This document shows positions 57,641-64,000 of a stretch of DNA of 64,000 nucleotides, piece by piece. Position 1 is the stretch's first letter, and every line of letters starts with the position of its first letter. Both the position numbers and the translations under genes were made by a program. Source of the DNA: Anthoceros angustus (lineage: Eukaryota; Plantae; Anthocerotophyta); NCBI GenBank assembly GCA_010909165.1, contig MU008194.1, positions 62,001 through 126,000 on the forward strand, given 5' to 3'. The notes beneath the pieces were generated by a model. The model ran no database searches. It was not told where the DNA came from and saw nothing but the letters and a program-made list of their open reading frames with translations.

Positions 57641-59245
57641 GAGTGCAGCTGCGGCTGTCCCAGGCCTGCTTCTTGGCAAACTTGCTTGCTTGCTCACTGC
57701 GAAGAACATCCCAGCAGGCTCAGGAAATTTTCCTGAGCCTGCTGGGATCCTTGTCCTGATGGAGTGCAAGAGGGAGGCAAGAGCGGGAAGAAATGCCCTG
57801 CTCCCGAGGTGCGGAGACTGGAGGAGGAGAACGTCGGGCTGCGAAGGGAGCTAGCCTCTGAGCGAAAGAATTTTCTTAGACAACGTCTACAGCTGACCGG
57901 CTTGGGGAGGACATGAGGTGCCTTGTGGAGGACATGGAACGCGTTGCGTCCGACCAAGCGGATGCTATGAATAGATATGAGGCCGAGTTGAGCTACCTGG
58001 CAGCCCGACTGAGAGACAAGGAGGAGGTTATTAAGGGCCTTGAGGCCGACAAGGAGAGGCTGCAGGAGGAGCTGGAGGCCGAGAAAATCGATGCGTTCGA
58101 CCGAGCGGATGCGATGGATAGATATGAGGCCGAGTTGAGACGGAGGAGGAGGAGGTTAAGGGCCTTGAGGGCGATAACGAGAGCCTGCGTAAGGAGCTGG
58201 AGGCCGAGAAAATAGGGAAGTATCAGTTACTTTGCGGGCCAGGAACACCGTCATCTTACCGGCCCATCTTACCTTGCTCGCATTTCCCGTTTGGCAGTTG
58301 GTGCGTACGCGTGCAGCAGCACAGGAGCGGCTGGTCATGACTTGCCCTACTTGGAACAATAGACTTGTACGTCCCGTAGGAGTGCAGCTGCGGCTGTCCC
58401 AGGCCTGCTTCTTGGCAAACTTGCTTGCTTGCTCACTGCGAAGAACATCCCAGCAGGCTCAGGAAATTTTCCTGAGCCTGCTGGGATCCTTGTCCTGATG
58501 GAGTGCAAGAGGGAGGCAAGAGCGGGAAGAAATGCCCCTGCCGCTCCCGAGGTGCGGAGACTGGAGGAGGAGAACGTCGGGCTGCGAAGGGAGCTAGCCT
58601 CTGAGCGAAAGAATTTTCTTAGACAACGTCTACAGCTGACCGGCTTGGGGGAGGACATGAGGTGCCTTGTGGAGGACATGGAACGCGTTGCGTCCGACCA
58701 AGCGGATGCTATGAATAGATATGAGGCCGAGTTGAGCTACCTGGCAGCCCGACTGAGAGACAAGGAGGAGGTTATTAAGGGCCTTGAGGCCGACAAGGAG
58801 GCTGCAGGAGGAGCTGGAGGCCGAGAAAATCGATGCGTTCGACCGAGCGGATGCGATGGATAGATATGAGGCCGAGTTGAGACGGAGGAGGAGGTTAAGG
58901 GCCTTGAGGGCGATAACGAGAGCCTGCGTAAGGAGCTGGAGGCCGAGAAAATAGGAAGTATCAGGTTACTTTGCGCGGGCCAGGAACACCGTCATCTTAC
59001 CGGCCCATCTTACCTTGCTCGCATTTCCCGTTTGGCAGTTGGTGCGTACGCGTGCAGCAGCACAGGGAGCGGCTGGTCATGACTTGCCCTACTTGGAACA
59101 ATAGACTTGTACGTCCCGTAGGAGTGCAGCTGCGGCTGTCCCAGGCCTGCTTCTTGGCAAACTTGCTTGCTTGCTCACTGCGAAGAACATCCCAGCAGGC
59201 TCAGGAAATTTTCCTGAGCCTGCTGGGATCCTTTGTCCTGATGGA
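57016..59245. repeat. ~740-bp unit in 3 tandem copies (3' part of RING paralog 3 plus flank)
   Basis: The palindrome recurs at 57708, 58447 and 59189 (periods 739 and 742); junction microhomology tgcaagag. Confidence 0.93.
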
Positions 59246-59334
59246 GTGCAAGAGTGGGACATACATTCTTCTGATGAGGTATCCTCGATAGGCAGCTTGT
59301 ACCTTGTGGAAAAGGGGCACCTGTCTCAAGTACT

Positions 59335-59928
59335 GAAGGTCGGCGGGGCGGAAGAGATGAAATTGGAGGAGCTTGACGGGCTCGGATTCTGCGCGGTGGC
59401 CGTGCTGCAGCTGCTGGAGAGCGGCAAGGACAGCGTGAAGAAGAGGGAGCAGGCCGCGGCCGAGCTGCGGAGGCTGGAGGAGGAGAACGCCGAGCTGCGA
59501 GAGAGTCTAGCCTGTGAGCGAAATATATGCAGTTAGCCAGCATTGCGAACTGACCTGCATGGAGGAGCAGATTATGAACCTTAAGTGCGCAAGGAAAAGG
59601 AGAGGCTCCTCCAAGAGGACGAGATCATGGAATATCTACTCGACGTGGAAGTCCTGGAAAGTAAACTGGAAAGAACACATACAAGAAAGACGAGATTGTG
59701 GAAATTATGGTCGACACGAGGATGCTGTGTGAGGAGCTGGAGGCGGAGGCGGAGGCGGAGAAGGAGAAGGAGAACAGTAAGTGCCGGATTTTCTTTGCGC
59801 GGGCCAGGAACACCGTCATCTTGCCTTGGTCGCATTTCCAGTTTTGCAATCGGTGCCTACAGAGCACAGGAAGCGGACCAGACTTGCCCTACTTGTAGAG
59901 TGGAACTATGGACTTGTACGTGTCCTAA
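59335..59928 (+). pseudogene. Coiled-coil + RING paralog 4, 5'-truncated and frameshifted
   Basis: LEELDGLGFCAVAVLQLLESGKDSVKKREQ; RING with substitutions KCRIFFARARNTVILPWSHFQFCNRC...TCPTC. Confidence 0.8.
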
Positions 59929-59942
59929 GAGTGGAAGTCAGG

Positions 59943-60162
59943 GCTCTAAAAAAACAACAGTGATATTTATGTCCACTAAGGGCCTAAGAAGCAGTGATAT
60001 TTATGTCCACTAAGGGTCTAAGAATCACCACAGGACGAAAAAATACAGCTAAAAAGTGGTGAAAAAGGCATACACCATTCAGGGTGTCATTTTGATCGAG
60101 TACTATCTAGTCTCCGGGACCGCCTAGCCTGGTCATACATATCACTGTTGTTTTTTTAGAGC
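59943..60162. repeat. 24-bp perfect inverted repeat pair enclosing a 220-bp segment (MITE-like or transposon end)
   Basis: gctctaaaaaaacaacagtgatat at 59943-59966 and its reverse complement at 60139-60162; an internal direct repeat cagtgatatttatgtccactaaggg occurs twice. Confidence 0.85.
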
Positions 60163-62266
60163 GTCGGGGTTGGTCTTTCCAAGCTTTAAAAACACCATTC
60201 CAATCTATCTCCTTAATAGGCGGACCATTGATGGATATACTCATCAATGCATCAAGGGTCAAAATATTAAGATTAGTTCTTATGTTATTCATCACAAAGT
60301 TTTGTTTAGAAAATCCCGCTCACATATAGCGATTACAAGGTATGACCAAACATAATTCCCAAAGACGTAACATAGAGGGTGTCAAGATTACCCACTCCGA
60401 GTTGTTGAGTATATTTTGTAAGTCGCTAACATACTCAATCCAAAGACAAGAAGACTTCAAGATGGACACAAATGTTAGCAACTCACTTGACACACACCTC
60501 ATCAACTACAAAGGGTCGACAACATTAGTATTTGCATCCAAAGAGTTAGTTCCAAACTTTTTCAACAATACCTCTAACAAACTATTAACTAATTATATAC
60601 GCTCATCTGCATCTTCAGGATAAAATTTAGGACTGAATAGACGACAAGCATGCAACACACAAAGATCGAAACTTATTATTCATCGCATCAACAACTAAAG
60701 CATATTTTGTTAGCACTAGCAATGCAAGAACTTAGTTCACTTTCAGAGTAGTCAGATATTACAAAACCCTCATACACTCCATGACTTTTTTTCAAGTTTT
60801 CAATGAAAGAGAAAAGCTTTCTACTTCTCATACTCACCCTATCAACTTTATACATACTTTCAACAACAGAATCTATGAGGGGAGCTATGCTAACTGGCTC
60901 CAGATAATCACGTTGAAAGTAAGTATTCAAGGAATTAAGGACCTCTAAAATATCTGATAAAAAGTGAAATAAAAACAAGGCCTTAGTAGTTAGTAAAGCT
61001 TGGAAGACAATCTTCCCCTGCAAAGAAGAGGAACTACTTGGACCCTTATTGGCTTTTGGCCAATTTAGGGTCTCATCCTCTTGAGCCAATTTAAGTAAAG
61101 CTGTTAATAGACAAATTATTCTACTCATGGCTTGACCTCTAGACAACCAATGGACATCATGAATTCCTAATACAGTTAAGACTTGCATTTCTAGTTGCAC
61201 TTGCAATTCACACAAAGTCGTAGTCTTCTTACTTGAATGATGAAGACAATCTTGTCCGCCACCTCAAAGTCGGGAACCTTGGATGCTGCCTCAGTAGCTG
61301 CAAGCGCCGTGCGGTGAGCAACACAATGAGTTTGAGCAAAATACGATTCACATTCCGCAGAAAACTTCACAACATTGTGATTTCCTTGGCCTTCGCCTTT
61401 GCCAATCATGACTGATGCTCCATAGCTTGCAAATCCACTCATTTTTTTGATGTCCAGATCAAAGAGTTGCAATTACTCAACCAAGGCGTTGAAGATTACT
61501 TCCGCACATGCACTTGTTATGTTGGCTAGCTGCAAAAACTCCGTTCATAGTCATTATGCAAATAATACACATAAATAATTATGTGTTGCACCATCGCCTT
61601 ATCGTCCCTCATCTATGAGTATCCCCATACCATGGACTTGCACGCAACCTCTCCTTCATTGTTCGTAAAAATTGGCTATGAGAACCACATGCTCCTTGCA
61701 AGCACTATCTAAGATATGAACCATATGTCTTCACCTGGAATGCCTTCCACTCCAATATCCCCCTGAACTCACAAAGGTCCTCGTACATATGGAAACTTAA
61801 ATCCTTCTTAGCAATGAAATAAGCGAACTTCAACAAGTTGAGAATCTCCTTATCCTTTTGGAAAAATGCATTTCCAAAGTTCGTTGCATGGTTGGTTGTT
61901 GAGCCTTGGCTTGGCTTGCTCCATCTTGATGGCTAAATGATATGTACTCCTTGCATGGTCCTCCAATGCACTCTTGAAAGTTCGACCGCCAACTTTTACC
62001 CAAGCTTGAGTCGCACCTTAGCTTGTCCCACTACACCATGACCATGTTTTTCACAAACAACACAAAACATTCGATTCTCTCCATTGATTGAGCAACTCCA
62101 CCCAATGAAATGCAACCTTCCATTCTTCCTTGAAGACTCTTGCCTTTTGCACCTTTTGTCTCTTTTGACTCGGTTGGCTTGTTTGGCTATTGTCGCCACT
62201 CCTTGTTTGGTCATCACGTGGAGCCCTCCAAAAACCCGGATCTTGAACTTTGAGAAAATGAGCCAT
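60107..62266 (-). mobile_element. Decayed hAT-superfamily transposase (ZNF862/DUF4371-like)
   Basis: RVFKEEW...RMFCVVC zinc-finger-like start, LKFAYFIAKKDLSF, SPWYGILIDE, QTHCVAHRTALA (CxxH), HWLSRGQAM, and C-terminal RTNLNILTLDALMSISING dimerisation-like segment; stops and frameshifts. Confidence 0.85.
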
Positions 62267-63577
62267 CTTTACCGCAAATTTTTAAAAATTAATATAGCAA
62301 ATGAAGAGCCAAAAAACAAAGCTTAAAAGAGAAGAGCTTAAAGAGATGAGCTCAAACAAAATGAACTCTAAACCTAAAGAGCTCAAAAGAGATGAGCTCT
62401 AAAAGAAGAGCCCTTACCAAGAAAGAACAACAAGGAGCAAGGAAGAAGAATAAGAAGCAAGAAAGAAGAACAACAAGCACACCACAATGAGGAGAGCAAC
62501 AATGAGTGATGCTCCAAATACTAGTGTTGTGGCCTTATGTACTCTTGAAGGGTGTCTATTCATAGCATGATAGGATAAGAGTCCTATTTAAGCCTATGGT
62601 TGAGATACCATATCGTAGTCCATCTTCATGGATGAGCGTGCATATCAACAAATTATTTTGGAAGAAGGAGGGACCGTAATCTCCACATATTTGTAACCCA
62701 AAAGTTTCTCCATATGTAGGTAGGTAAAGTCTATACCAAATCTATTGCCGTGTCTTCAACTTTTTGGGAGGAAGCAACATTCTTCACCTCCTACTCCCGA
62801 AATTTCAAAGTAAGATTGCTCACTTGATTGGCAAAACCAAATGATAAATCATTCACATATGTACACAATTATTTATGCCCCTACAATTGATTGCTCATAA
62901 GTTTATGCAATCTCTGCTGTTTAGAATCAATAACTAATAGCGTGTCATCGAACCTGGGATTGTCTCCAATCCCTTTTTGACCATTTACCATCTTAAAAAA
63001 CATGTTGGATACGCAATATTTTCCATAATTCTCCTTAGCATATCCTTGTTTCTGAGAACGCCTTGAAAAAGACTCTTGAGAATGTCAAAGCCCTATCCCT
63101 TCCACAACATGCCCGTCCTCAAGGACTACACAATCTACGCAGCCATACAATCTCGCGAATTACCAGGAAAAAACAAAGGTCGAAAGTAGAATGATGCGCC
63201 GGAAGGCCGGTGCATCAAATGATGGATTGATTTAAGAAACAAGCACCAAATAAGTTGCTTGCACTCAACGACTACACTCAATGCCGCCAACGCTTAAAAC
63301 CCGTAAAGTCAGAGAATGTGCTCCGGTAGGCCGACGCACTTCATGTCATGTGTGCGACCTACTGGCGTACTCTCACAGCCACTCAGCTTGCAAGGAAATG
63401 TGCCGGTACGTTGGCGCACTTGATAAATAGAATGTTTAAGTTTTGTATGATGTGGTCATATCTTTGCAACCGCACCAAGTCCTATTAAAACTCAAAGTAG
63501 ACCAAGCGTACAACAAGCGACCATTTCGAAAACATTTGTAAGGCTAGGTGGGTGTGAGAGGGCACCGCCTACATACA

Positions 63578-63921
63578 TCAATCCGTAACTTGGTACATTG
63601 TCGGTAAGCCCTGCTTTCATAAAATAAAAAGAAGACATCACAACTTCGTAATAGATCACCCATCATAATACTGATCCGACCCAAGGGTGTTTAACTGTAG
63701 AATTTTGATAGCACTCGATGTAGGTATGACCACACTATGCAAACCAAAGTTTTTCACATTCTATTTATCAAAAGCGTTGGCTTACCGGCGCATTTTCTTG
63801 CAAAAGGCTGGGGTAGTGTGGGACTGTGCCGGCCTACTGGTGCACTTGTTAATGTTGGATGCCTTATCATGTGATTGCAACATGTCTGTCAATCCGTAAC
63901 TTGGTACATTGTCGGTAAGCC
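63578..63921. repeat. ~34-bp direct repeat pair
   Basis: tcaatccgtaacttggtacattgtcggtaagccc at 63578 and 63889. Confidence 0.9.
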
Positions 63922-64000
63922 CCGTTTCATTTTTCCTTTTGATGCTTGGGTTCGGCGCACAGTAGCGGATTGTATGGTTGTGGTAACTACAGGACCATTG

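Noticed and set aside
59939-59950. CAGGG as the terminal inverted repeat of the hAT element
   Set aside because: cagggct is also present in the homologous RING-gene flank at ~56400, and no matching right TIR with an 8-bp TSD was found in the window

Overview
Eukaryotic, intron-containing plant nuclear DNA. A seed-free land plant, most plausibly a hornwort, is inferred from the 85-165 nt introns and the long PLS-class PPR genes with a WW-type PG box; this assignment is not verified. (1) 1995-20142 is a complete minus-strand Ty3/gypsy LTR retrotransposon with an AATAC target-site duplication, a tRNA-Asp-type PBS and a PPT. Its LTRs are very long (5.6 and 6.3 kb, about 4.4 kb once internal tandem duplications are removed), and their U3 part appears to carry a large extra coding region. 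(2) 21.8-35.9 kb is a tandem array of five CYP71-clan cytochrome P450 copies: three broken and two near-intact. (3) 36.4-53.1 kb holds two paralogous PLS-E PPR genes that stop just after the PG box, one of which has an exact 624-bp internal duplication. It also holds a head-to-head PLS-only PPR gene with a 1.9-kb tandem duplication of its 3' part, and a 3-exon flavodoxin-like quinone reductase. (4) 53.2-59.9 kb is a cluster of intronless coiled-coil plus RING-HC genes, one intact and the rest decayed or duplicated, with a 41-bp palindrome at the repeat junctions. (5) 60.1-62.3 kb is a decayed hAT transposase. Caveat: many duplicated blocks differ mainly by 1-3 nt indels in homopolymer or dinucleotide runs, which resembles unpolished long-read error, so some frameshifts and duplications may be assembly artefacts. 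No rRNA, tRNA or CRISPR array was seen.
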